A stretch of 64,000 bases of DNA, taken from contig NC_042999.1 in NCBI RefSeq assembly GCF_006345805.1, forward strand, positions 128,092,001 to 128,156,000. The letters are read 5' to 3'. This DNA is from Octopus sinensis. Lineage: Eukaryota. The notes below the pieces were generated by a model. The model did no database searches and had not been told where the DNA came from. It saw only the letters and a program-made list of their open reading frames with translations. The position numbers were made by a program, and so were the translations under genes. Shown piece after piece: positions 14,284 to 26,800 of the stretch (positions are counted from its first letter, which is position 1; each line of letters begins with the position of its first letter).

Positions 14284-16673
14284 GTACCAATCAAAAGTGG
14301 TGGCTTGGAAAAGAAAGAGACTTGCATTTATTGATAATTGCTAGTCATCTTCAAAAAATCTTGCCAGGCCTGTGCATGTGTTTGCAGATGCATGGTTAAT
14401 CTTGACCAATGGAGACTTTATAAATGTATAGTTCTTATACATTCCATTAATATCTTTACTTCAAAATATCTTGTGAGTTAATGAGGGATTCACTATATGG
14501 TTGCTCAGTCAACTAGAAATAGTCAAATCTCCTAGTAAGGCTGTACTGCACCCTAGGCTATTCTAAGACAATTTCAGCAGTATATGTTTTCTCTGTGAGA
14601 AGTTGCTAACCCCTCACTTAATACTTCCCTATTTCTGGAGAAAGGGACATCTTAAGTGATCTCCTGATCCTTCTCATGGTGTAATGTAGCTGGATCAGAG
14701 AGAGAGAGAACTCAATTCCAGTTCATTATTTATTTTGAAAGCAAGAAAGATAAAATTGACCTTTGTGAGATTCAAACTCAGAACATAGAGAATCAGAATA
14801 CAGGCTGCAAAGTGTTCTCTCCAAAGCTTTAATGACTCTTCGAATTCACCAACTTATATGTAATACTCCCAAGCATGAGCTAAAAGCTTCCATCTCCCCT
14901 CTCCACCTACTGTTGGTATAATAAATACCAGTTACATACTGTATCACCTTTCCCCAGCTTAGCACTAAGTATATGCCTTGAGGAAATAGTATTTTTTCTA
15001 TTTTTACAATTGCAGCTGCTACTACTGTTGTTACTTCCATGATACCAATTATTGTTGCTACCACAACATCTAGAACTTGTGTGTAGTAGATTAACAGCCT
15101 GCATTTACTGCATACTACACCACATAATGTTGATACTGCCACAAGTCCAATGTTTAATGACATCAGAACTATGTGCCAGCTACCTCATGGAATACAGAGT
15201 GTCAACTAACATCATTACCTATTTAGCAGCAATGGTAAATGTATATATATATATATGTGTGTGTATGTATGTATGTCTACACACACTCACACACACACAC
15301 ACACAGACATATATAAACATACACACATACATATATATATGTATATATATATAAATACGCACACATATATAAATGCATGTGTGTGTAGGTCGGTGGGGGA
15401 ATGGGAACTTTTTATTCTGAATACAAGAAAGAAGGGTAAGGAAGGTAGGTGTGGAAGAAATCTTTTCTCTTACATCTATTTCCAAAATGGTACCTAAAAT
15501 GTTGGCATTGTTGCACACTTAAAAGGAATTTCATTTGCCATCATAGAATGGATGGCAGTTTGCTCAACAGGCTGTTCCAAGCTAAGACCTACATAGCATA
15601 AAAGATAAAAGACATCTTTAGGGTCTTTATCAACTGAACATTTTTGTTTTGCATTTAAAGTTTAGGTATGACACTATTTAGGTGTGTGTTCCAGTTTGTT
15701 GCAGATTTTATACTCTCTTTTTCTCTCTCTCTCTCTCTCTCTTACTCCCTCTTCTGTTACTCTTCCTCTCTTACTCTATCTTTTTCTCTCTTTTTACTCC
15801 ACCTCTGTGTGTGTGTGTGTGTGTATGTATTTGTGTGTGCCAGTCAGTCACTTTGCACTCAAATAGTTTTGGGTTCAGTCCCACTACACATCACCCTTGG
15901 ACATACCCCAGGCTGACCAAGGCCTTGAGAGTGAATTTGTAGATGGAAACTGTATAGAAGCCTGCTGTATTTTATGTATACACGTATGTGTCTCTGTTTG
16001 TGTTTGTCGTCCTCAGCACTTGAAAACTGGTGTTTGTTTGTTTATATCCTTGTATCTTAATGGTTTGTCAAAAGAGATTGATAAAATAAGCCCAAGACCT
16101 AAAGAATAAATTCTGGGGTGGATTTATTCAACTAAACTCTTGAAGGCAGTGCTCCAGCATGACTCCTGTCCAATGAATGAAACACGTAAAAGATAAGGTT
16201 TCTCAATTACATGGTTTGGGATTTAGTTGTATTGTGTGGCACCTTGGGCAATTGTCATCTGTTATAGCTGTAGGCCAACCAAAACCTTGTAAGTCGATTT
16301 CCAAGGCTGTTGTGTGTGTGTGTGTCTTTGTCTTGATATAATATGACTTATAAATGAATATCATTCATTACTAATATTCTTGCAAAACATGTCTAGCCAT
16401 GGGGAAATAGGATTGGTGACAGGAAGGGCAACCAAGCATAGAAAATCTGTCTCAATAAGCTCCATCCAACTATGCAAACATGGAAAAGTGGATTGTAAAA
16501 TGACCTTGCCTGTGCTGGTACCACATAAAAAGCTCTCAGTCCATTCTGTGGGGGTGGTTTGTGCTTAGAAGGGCATCCAGCTGTAAAAACCATGCCAAAA
16601 CAGACACAGTGGCCTGGTGTTGTCTTCTACCTGGCTAGCTCCTGTCAAGCCATTCAACCCATGCCAGCATGGC

Positions 16674-18885
16674 AGGCAAAACAAATCAAAATAGGTGAAC
16701 ATCAATGGAATTTGTATCTTTGTGGTACCAGTGCCGGTGGCACACAAGAGAAAACCATCCGAAAGTGGCCGTAGCCAGTACCGCATCGACTGGCCTCCGT
16801 TCTGTGGGCACATGACAAACACCATCCGATCGTGGCCGTTCGCCAGCCTCATCTAGCACCTGTGTCGGTGGCACATAAAAACACCATCCGAAGACCCGGC
16901 AAGACTAGTCAGGCCATAACCCATGGCCCCTACCTGGGACGTAGTCAGTCCACCTGTGCATACCTTCCTTCTTGTGACACTTGTGAAGACCTGTTGAGGC
17001 AAGTGAAAATCAAATCAAAACAAATCAAAATAGATGAACATCAATGGAATCTGTATCTTTGTGGTACCAGTGCCGGTGGCACACACTTTGTGGTACCAGT
17101 GCTGGTGGCACACATGAGAACCATCCAGTGCCGGTGGCACACACTTTGTGGTATCAGTGCCGGTGGCACACATGAGAACCATCCGAACGTGGCCGTAGCC
17201 AGTTCCGCATCGACCGGCCTCCGTGCTGTGGGCACGTAACAAACACCATCCGATCATGGCCGTTCGCCAGCCTCATCTGGCACCTGTCGGTGGCACATAA
17301 AAACACCTTCCGAAGACCCGGCAAGACTAGTCAGTCCACCTGTGCATACCTTCCTTCCTTCTTGTGACACTTGTGAAGACCTGTTGAGGCAAGTGAAAAT
17401 CAAATCAAAACAAATCAAAATAGATGAACATCAATGGAATCTGTATCTTTGTGGTACCAGTGCCGGTGGCACACACTTTGTGGTACCAGTGCCGGTGGCA
17501 CACATGAGAACCATCCAGTGCCGGTGGCACACACTTGTGGTACCAGTGCCGGTGGCACACATGAGAACCATCCGAACGTGGCCGTAGCCAGTTCCGCATC
17601 GACCGGCCTCTGTGCTGTGGGCACGTAACAAACACCATCCGATCATGGCCGTTCGCCAGCCTCATCTGGCACCTGTCGGTGGCACATAAAAACACCTTCC
17701 GAAGACCCGGCAAGACTAGTCAGTCCACCTGTGCATACCTTCCTTCCTTCTTGTGACACTTGTGAAGACCGGTTGAGGCAAGTGAAAATCAAATCAAATA
17801 AAATCAAAATAGACAAAATAGATGAACATCAATGGAATTTGTATCTTGTGGTACCAGTGCCTGTGGCACACAAGAAATCCATCAGTGCCGTAGTCAGTGC
17901 GGTGGGCACATGACAAACACCATCCGATCGTGGCCGTTCGCCAGCCTCATCTAGCACCTGTGTCGGTGGCACATAAAAACACCATCCGAAGACCCGGCAA
18001 GACTAGTCAGGCCATAACCCATGGCCCCTACCTGGGACGTAGTCAGTCCACCTGTGCATACCTTCCTTCTTGTGACACTTGTGAAGACCTGTTGAGGCAA
18101 GTGAGAATCAAATCAAATCAAATCAAATCAAAACAAATCAAAATAGATGAACATCAATGGAATTTGTATCTTTGTGGTACCAGTGCCGGTGGCACGTGGC
18201 ATATAAGAAAACCATCCGAACGTGGCCGTAGCCAGTACCGCATCGACTGGCCTCCGTGCTGTGGGCACGTAACAAGCACCATCCGATCGTGGCCGTTTGC
18301 CAGCCTCATCTGGCACCTGTGTCGGTGGCACATAAAAACACCATCCGAGCGTGGCCGTCTGCCAGCCTCGTCTGGCACCTGTGTCGGTGGCACATAAAAA
18401 CACCATCCGAGCGTGGCCGTCTGCCAGCCTCGTCTGGCACCTGTGTCGGTGGCACATAAAAAACACCATCCGAGCGTGGCCGTCTGCCAGCCTCGTCTGG
18501 CACCTGTGTCGGTGGCACATAAAAAACACCATCCGAGCGTGGCCGTCTGCCAGCCTCGTCTGGCACCTGTGTCGGTGGCACATAAAAAACACCATCCGAG
18601 CGTGGCCGTCAGCCAGCCTCGTCTGGCACCTGTGTCGGTGGCACATAAAAAACACCATCCGAGCGTGGCCGTTTGCCAGCCTCGTCTGGCACCTGTGTCG
18701 GTGGCACATAAAATCACCCACTACACTCTCGGAGTGGTTGGCGTTAGGAAGGGCATCCAGCTGTAGAAACACTGCCAGATCTGACTGGACTGGTGCAGCT
18801 TTCGGGCTCCCCAGACCCCAGTTGAACCGTCCAACCCATGCTAGCATGGAAAGCGGACGTTAAATGATGATGATGATGATGATGA
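16674..18885 (+). repeat. Hierarchical tandem amplification of an RTE-type LINE 3' UTR (five 320-620 bp units with nested 29/58-bp and 62/63-bp sub-arrays), ending in a (GAT)n tail
   Basis: gaggcaagtga(a/g)aatc unit starts at 16996, 17386, 17775 and 18094; homologous to the reverse complement of 48150-48790; the tail 18716-18885 matches the RTE/SINE 3' end. Confidence 0.85.
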
Positions 18886-19120
18886 TATATATAGTGCACA
18901 AAAACCACCATTCTTTAAACATCTCATGAATCTCACATACATATATGCACATACCAAATGAAGATGCATTTGGCAGTGTTAACAGAACAATAGAAAACAT
19001 GGATTAGTTCAAAGTTAAACTGATTTACATTAAACAACAGTACTATTTAGCTAACTTAGAAAATAGTACATAACATTTGAAATATTATGTATTTCAAATG
19101 TTATATACATAACATTTGTG

Positions 19121-19240
19121 CATAACATTTGAAATATAGAAGGTTTAAACAGGAAATGTACATAACATTTGAAATATAGAAGGTTTAAACAGGAAATGTA
19201 CATAACATTTGAAATATAGAAGGTTTAAACAGGAAATATA
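19121..19240 (+). repeat. 40-bp tandem repeat x3 (cataacatttgaaatatagaaggtttaaacaggaaatgta)
   Basis: Three copies with one substitution. Confidence 0.95.
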
Positions 19241-20229
19241 GGTGTTAAACCGTAGCAAAACGTGGGACGAGTCAATACCAGATAGCATTTCTTTATCTAA
19301 TTTAGTTGTTTAGGATGCAATTAGACTTACTTCCTCCTCCACAAAAATGGATCGGTTTGAGCCAATGTAGTGAATAAATGTGATTAGCTTAGATGTGGTA
19401 CAAATTGAATATTCTATGTCATCTGAGCTGCTGTCTTTGTGTTCAAATCTCCACAATAGGGTTTATTTTTAATTTTTGATTCCACTGTGGGCCATAAAAG
19501 AAATTTAATAATAAAGAAGGGTCTCATGTTTAGCTCACATTTCATGGTTTTAAGCTGATGAGAAATAAATCCTTCTGAATAAGACACTGATTTATTAGAT
19601 AAATCTTCTCAGATGATTTGGCAAGGTGTACTGAGGTAATGTTGGCAGCAAGACAAAGTGTGTTAATAAATTTTCCAAATTAATGGAAAAATTGTTAAAT
19701 TTTTAAAAGTAAGTAAATTGGCTTAACTCCCAAGTATATCTGGTACTTATCTTATCAACTTCAGAAAAACACAGTGGGTGAGTTGACTATGACAGTATTT
19801 GAAATGAGAGAAACAAAAATGTTTAGTACTGCAAGACATTTTGTTCAGCTCTAATTGTTTACCAGTAATACTTACTTCCTAAAATATATTATAATATTTC
19901 TTCCAGTAATATTAACTTTCTAAAGTATATTATATGTCTCACATTAGTACACAAGGCCAATAGGAGGCAAATTTATCAAATGAGTTCATTATATTGATTC
20001 CAGAATGAAGAAAGGCAAAATTGTTCTTGGCAAGATTTGAACTCAGACTGTAAGAATCTGTAACTAGTTACTGCATTCATTTGGTCTGGCACTGTACTGT
20101 TTCTGAACCTTCACTAGCTTAGAATAAATAATAATGGGAATACTGATAACACTAGCATTCAACATTTGGAGAATATTCCATACACTTGATAATTCTGATT
20201 TCACCAATGTTGTTGATGAAGCTATACGC

Positions 20230-20960
20230 AAATAAAGAATGATAATTTATTTTTTATGAAATCTTATAAAGTAGGAATGAAGATTCTGTCTTGTAAAGAT
20301 ATGCATTATCTATGTAGCATCTTATTGATTTCATTGTTAGTTTTGAATATAAAAACTAAAGATAGCACTGGTATAGCTACAGACTTTTGCTGTGTAATTA
20401 CTACTATTACTTTTAGCTTCACTGAACCACTAATTAGATTTCTACTAAATCTTCCAGCTATAAATTCTATGCAGTTCTTGGTGTCATCAAACTGCTGTCA
20501 GACATACTGTCTAGTCTTATTGCTAGATCAATATATTACTACGTTTAAAGATTGGCAGTTTTTGTGTGTATATTATAAATACAGTGATGTGGCCATCATT
20601 AATACTCTGTGCTCTCCTTCTTCTTACCTCATTGTATTCTATGTTAAATATATTGTTCGAAATCAACAAAAGAAATGGATGCAACAAGTTATTCTGAAGA
20701 TAGATTTATTTCTGGAGTTAATAAAATGTCTCTTAGCCACACTTATCAACTCATTTCTACCTTTATATTGATTTACTTCAAAGTCTGTTTTGGAAGAGTA
20801 AGATAAAGCAAGTGAATGAATCTTTTATGAAAAGCAAAAGTTCTGGTGGTATTTAAAAGTTGGAATCAAGAAAGATGAATCACTCTACTGTCTTGGCTGT
20901 CTCCACTGCTTTGATTCTATTCAAATATATGCTGGATTCATAGACTGGGAAAAAAAAGTT
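20230..20960 (-). pseudogene. Highly decayed CR1/L2-like LINE RT remnant
   Basis: Minus strand gives AQSINDGHITVFIIYTQKLP and QFDDTK, loosely resembling PQGSILGPLLFIIYINDLP and FADDTK; many stops. Confidence 0.4.
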
Positions 20961-23671
20961 CAGGTCAATGCTATGCAAAGAATGTTTGAAGATATGTTTG
21001 GCTGGTGCTCTGCAATGTAGTTTAATGAAATATTTATGGTCTAGCTTTCTAACACTGACCTCAAAATATTGTCCTGGATTTAATAAATATTATTTGGGAC
21101 ATAAATCCTTAATAATCCATATTTTCTGAATTATACTTAGACTAGAGCAAATTAATTTACTGCTGATAGAGAAAAAATTAAATGTTTCTCTACAAGCTAC
21201 AACAATCAATAATGCTGGAGCTTAACTCTAGATGACTCCAGTCCTTGATATTATGCCAAGTTAGATACCTATCTTTAAAACTCAAGGATATATCATTATA
21301 TCGCTTACCTAGAAATACATGAAAAGGTATGAAATGCATATTAACATATAAGCTGTGTGTATAAGTAGTCAGATAAAATTTTTTGTTAGTTATTTTATCC
21401 TAATGTCATATTGTCATAATATCGGTATATTGGTTCACAGATTATGACTGTATTTTAATAGAATTTGAAAATGATGTGTTACTATTGAAATATTGTGCCA
21501 TGAGACAAAATCCTTGGTAAAATGTGTACTCTGTATTTTGAATTTCTCTAGTTAAAGGTTATCAGTGAGTTACAAATTGTCACTTATCTGTTTGTGTATA
21601 CATCATATGGTATACATCTCTAAACCATGCAACTGTTCAAAATTAAATCTTAGATGAATGAAGATTCTAAAGCTTACATTTCATGATTTAGCTCTGAATA
21701 TTTTTGCTATTTTATAATTCCACTATTTTGCAAACTTACATACTGAAAATTTTCAACAGATTTTGCTTTGTTTTGGCATGACCTCAGCCAAAATAAAACA
21801 ATAAACTAAATGAAAATGTTAATAGTAAAATGCCTTGTCTGTTAGCATTCAGTTTAATTTGTATGTACAGTTCAGAGATGGATCAATTTTTTTAGTTCTA
21901 TTTACCTTCATAATGAATTTAGTTGATTAGTGAATCTGAATTTGTAGCTCTTTCTAATTCAAAATTTGTGATTAGTTCTATCATTATCATGTATAGCTCT
22001 TGATTCAGAGAACTTATCAACAATGCTGATTCTATTATATTAAGAAATATGCAATAGAGACTTTTATATGTGCTTGTAGAGTGTCTTAGTGGACAACTTG
22101 GAACTTGTAAACTTGTAAAAGATTCAGTCCACATGTTTCATGGCATCTGTCTTAAGTTTGACCCTTTACCATTCAGAAGACTGTATCAGATGTAACATTT
22201 ATTCACATTGTTTGAATTAATCATGCATTACTTATAGCTTTGAAATTTCAATGACGTTATTGTATATTATTAGAATGACATTCTAGGGTAGGTGTGAGAA
22301 GTGTGATCTAGCCAGTTGGAACATAAAACAAGTTTAGTATTTGGGCAGGATATGGTCAGTTTAAATACTAATGAGTTAAAATAGACTTAATCCGTTGTCC
22401 AGTTTACCACCACCATCTAGCTGTTAAGCGCTTTGAGTTGAGTTACACTGTTAAGAGCATTTGGGCAAGATTTCCTGTTTGATAGTAATTTCCTCCCACC
22501 AGTCACCAAGGCCTTGAAAAGGCCAATAAGCATTGCCTTTCTCCTCTGACTCAACTATTAAGTAAAAAAAAAGTAAAAATAAAAACAAAACACAAGTAGT
22601 TTTGCTTTTTTATTACTCTAGTGCTGTCTTGTAGGCTATCAAAAATAAGTAGCATACTATTTTTGATATGGCACAGGCATAGCTATGTGATAAGAAGTTT
22701 GCTTCCCAACTACATGATCTTGGGTTGAGTCCCAGTGTGTGGAACCTTGAGCAAGTGTTTTCTACTATAGCCCTGAACTGATTAAAGCCTTGTGAGTGGA
22801 TTTGATAGACAGAAGCTGAAAGAGGCTTGTTGTGTACATATATATGTGTGGGTGTGTGTTTATGCCTCTTTATCTTGACATCGCATCATAGTTTTAAATG
22901 AGAGTGACAGTCAAACAAGTAATGTCATTCATTTTTAACCTTCTGCATGAACATACCTGGCCATAGAGAAATATTTATCTAACTTGGAAAGAAAAATGAG
23001 GGTTGGTGACAGGAAGGGCATCTATCTGTAGAAAATCTACCTCAATAAACTTCATCCAGTTCATGCAGGCAAAGAAAAGTGGACGTTAAAACATTGCTGA
23101 TGATGATGATAATCATTTCTGACAATTTCATCATCATGAAAATCATCATCATCATCATCCTTTAACGTCTGTTTTCCATGCTGGCATGAGTTGGATGGTT
23201 TGACCAGAGTTAGCAAATTGGAGAGCTGCACCAGGTTCCAGTCTGATTTGGCTTGGTTTCTATGGCTGGCTGCCCCTCCTAACACTAACCACTTTATGGT
23301 GTGTACTAGGTGCTTTTAATGCGGCACTGGCATGTCCACCAATATGTGACACTGTGTTCTTTTCACATGACACACCAGCACAGGACTCTTACAGGCCAAT
23401 CCTCTTCACTGGGGGATGCAACTTTAACACTTCAGCTGTGGAGTACAACAAGGTGCCAGGTATCTTGGTCCTTTGTCACTTTGTGTGAAAGATTCAGCAT
23501 TCTAAAGTCATCCTTCAGTACTTTGTCCTGTATTGTGAATGTGTCTTAGTGGCTACTGCACTATTAAAAATAGCTTCTTGGTGTATTAAATTTGTTACTT
23601 GGTTTTTCTAATGTCCATTATAAATGTTTGAAATATTGTTTTATTTATTCATTTATCAATTTTATTTATAG

Positions 23672-23819
23672 TTCTGGTTGGATCCCTAAAGGAAACTTCA
23701 TTGCTGCTTATCCCAAAGACTGTGCTACATCCCTAGTTTACACAGTCAATTTGGTGAAACCTGGATCTGTAACATTTGAATATCAGTTTTCTGAATCAGC
23801 TTCTTTGCTTCAGTTTCTG
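23672..23819 (+). CDS. ELAPOR2: ELAPOR-like exon A (..[49 protein letters not shown])
   Basis: tttatttatag acceptor and gtaggt donor at 23820; 148 nt, phase 2 to 0; matches KIAA1324 WVPRG..VNL..GTVNFEY. Confidence 0.92.
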
Positions 23820-26800
23820 GTAGGTTTATAATTCTACTGAATTTAATATTTTTTTCCTGAAAGCAATATGGTTGTTATTGTGAAATTTGCTGATAAGTGC
23901 AGTTAGTGAAGGTCCTTAACAGGACTAACAATTACTCCCTATGTTAAGAAGAAAATTTGAATCCATACCTCAGCTACAAGTTTTCTGAAGTGCAGCAAGT
24001 GAACAAGAGATTCTTAAATAGGACCTTAGGCCATTGGATTTGATTTTGCTAGAAACAATTTGTGATGTGCCTCTTTCTAATTTTGGGAAGTTATCAAGGT
24101 AAATACAGTTGTAATGCTTGCAGTAAGATATAAGCTCACTCTGTGGTACCTAGAGATAGTGTTTTCTACTATAGCCTCAGACTGACCAATGCATTGTGAG
24201 TACATTTCATTGATGGAAACTTTGTGGAAGCCTTTCATATATGTATGTGTGTGTGTTTGTCTTCACCTCACTGCTTGATAACTGGTGTTGGTTTGCTTAT
24301 GTCCTCATAATTTAGCCTTTTGGCACGTGAGACTCATAGAATATGTACTAGATTCTAAAAATATGTAGTGATCAATTTGTTTGACTAAAACCTTCAAAGT
24401 GGTGCCCCAGCATGGCTACAGTCTAATAACTGAAATAAGTAAAAGATAAAAGATTGTTTTATATTGTAGTTTATTTACTATATTAGTTTATGAAGTAAAT
24501 TGAGCTAGATGTATAAAATGGCTAACTTATTTAAAGGCTGCATAAATTGTATGCTTGTAGCAAATTGTTCCTGGTGAAAACACTTAAATTTTGTTGGTTT
24601 AGCCTGCTCAGCTGTAAATATGTACCATAGAGTGGTATGACGCAGTACTGTTTGTGGTAACAACAGCAGTAGACTACAACTAGAAAGTAGCAAATTCAGA
24701 ACTCAGAATTTCTCATGGGGTACTACAGGAGTGATAAATATTATCACTTATTTTATTTATTCAAGATGTCCCAAAGACAGCACTTAAACCTATGGGTCTA
24801 AGATACTCTCTTTTTAGACCTATTGATCTTAAAAGAGGCCGATGAAGGGCAATGATCCTGAAACACGTGTCCCTAGATGCAGCTCCGGCGGCCGGGGGTG
24901 TTTGTCTCCCCTTCGTAAATGTATATAAGGACACAGGGAAAAATGTGTCAAAGCCATCAGGAGGCGTCGATGCTTCCTAGGGCTATACAGCGGTGGTGTA
25001 CCCCCCTACTGTCACGTTCGTGTTAGATTGACAGTATACAACCATTTGATCTTAAAAGAATTTGAATTAAAACAAAGTAGAGATAGGCTGGTTGTAGTAG
25101 TTTATCCCCAGATCAATCCCGATTGAATAAACACACAATCAAAGATACTCCAATCTTGAGCGTCCTGTTTCATTTTAAGACAATGTATCCAGGAACACAT
25201 CCAATGTGTCTTTCCTTTTTAAAATTGCAAGGTATGAATTGGAGATTTGGCTGTCATTTCTAATTAGCAGGTCAAATATGCAACTGTATAAAATTTTCTT
25301 ATTGGCTTGATAGTAAGATGAAAAATGTCTGTGACCTATACTTAATATTGTTAATGTTTTATAATTCTTATAAGAAAATACTAAAGGCTATTCAAAATAT
25401 TCAAAAGACTAGTTCATTATTTGAACACTAGTTTGGTCAGAGGTCTATTTTTTTTTTCTATTCAAAACTAACACAAATAAGAGTGTGGTGTGTAAGTGCA
25501 GAAATATACTTACATTTCTCAATGTAGCCATTTTAGGACACTTACTGAGGTTGACATTGCCTTTTGCCCTCCTGGGCACCCACATATAACCCTTTGATAA
25601 AGGGTTTATCTGAAACATTGGACTTCTTTTTTCTTTTTCCTTTCTTTTGTTGTACAGTTCAATGTGTACAACTTTGTTAATTATTTTTGTGTTTACTCTT
25701 TGTCCATTTGTCTACTTGTTGTCACCTCTCCCATTGTTCAACTGTCTGTCTCTTATTCCTCCCATTCTATTAGTGCACTTTTTACCTGTGTAAATAAAGT
25801 ACCAGTCAAGTACAGGGATGTAATAAATTGACTGCACCTTCCTCACCAAATTTTTGGCCTTGTACTTCATGTAGAAAAGTTGTTTTTTAAGAGTTTCACA
25901 TGAGCTTTGACTGCATTACCAAATGAATCTCCATGTTTCTGAAGTGTATAGGAAGCATTGTATCTTAGAAATATAGCATGGTTTTTGTATGTTATATCTG
26001 TTTTGACTTGTGAAAATTGTTCTATTGTTTCTGGTGTTATTTCAGTGTTTTGTATGTTTGTTGTGTAGACTGTGCTATGTCAGTTGTGATATTTCATTTG
26101 ATAATGAAAAAAATTTTTTTTCTTCATCTGTGGTATGAGTTGTACAGAATATGTACTACATGCATTATGCTGTTGAAGTGAATGTCTCTTATTTATGATG
26201 TGATGTGTCTGAATTCTTATTGGCACTGTTTACAACTTTTTTCATTGGTATTGTTATTCTTTTATCATCTTCACCTATGTTCAAAGGTGGAATTGTTTCT
26301 ATCCTCTAATTTGAAATTTCTTCTCTGCCTAAGTTTTTTTTATTGGATATATTGACTTATGGATGTTTGACCTCAAAATCAATAGTAACAGTTTCATTAG
26401 TTTCGGAGGGCCTGGCAAATTCATAAGCACTTCCTTTCTCCTCACTTAGCCATAAAACTTCCATCAATTTTTTAGATAGCAGTAAAGGGAAGTTACATGG
26501 ACCTTTACTGGGCCCCTGAGGCTGGTTTGGAGATGGGGCTGGGAGGAAGGTATTCTCAAACCAGAGACCTGATCCAAATGCTTGCAATAGAGTGGGGGCC
26601 ATGTGGTGATGTTAATCAGAGCAACATGTTAAGTCTACCTCCCAGGCAGGCCTTGGCAGGATTTTGAAAATCTGAATGCAAATACTGTAAGACATGCTGT
26701 CTGATGCTTTAATGTTTTCATTAGTTTACTGCCCTAGACTAGTACCATATTTATTGACCCCAGAAAGATGAAAGGTTTTTAAACTCAGATCACAAAGCAC

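Noticed and set aside
15100-15212. Reading ..RTMCQLPHGIQSVN resembling KIAA1324 DELPHGF, as a candidate upstream exon
   Set aside because: Only a 4-residue match, an in-frame stop follows, none of the expected Cys/Trp pattern is present, and there is no phase-2 donor.
18128-18863. Long repeat-containing ORFs (239, 187 and 170 aa) and a CRISPR-like look of the 63-bp array
   Set aside because: The ORFs are open in several frames on both strands because of the 63-bp period. The units are contiguous with no unique spacers, there are no cas genes, the context is eukaryotic, and the sequence derives from an RTE 3' UTR.
20256-20771. 171-aa plus-strand ORF
   Set aside because: No recognisable domain and low-complexity hydrophobic composition; it overlaps a decayed LINE RT on the opposite strand.
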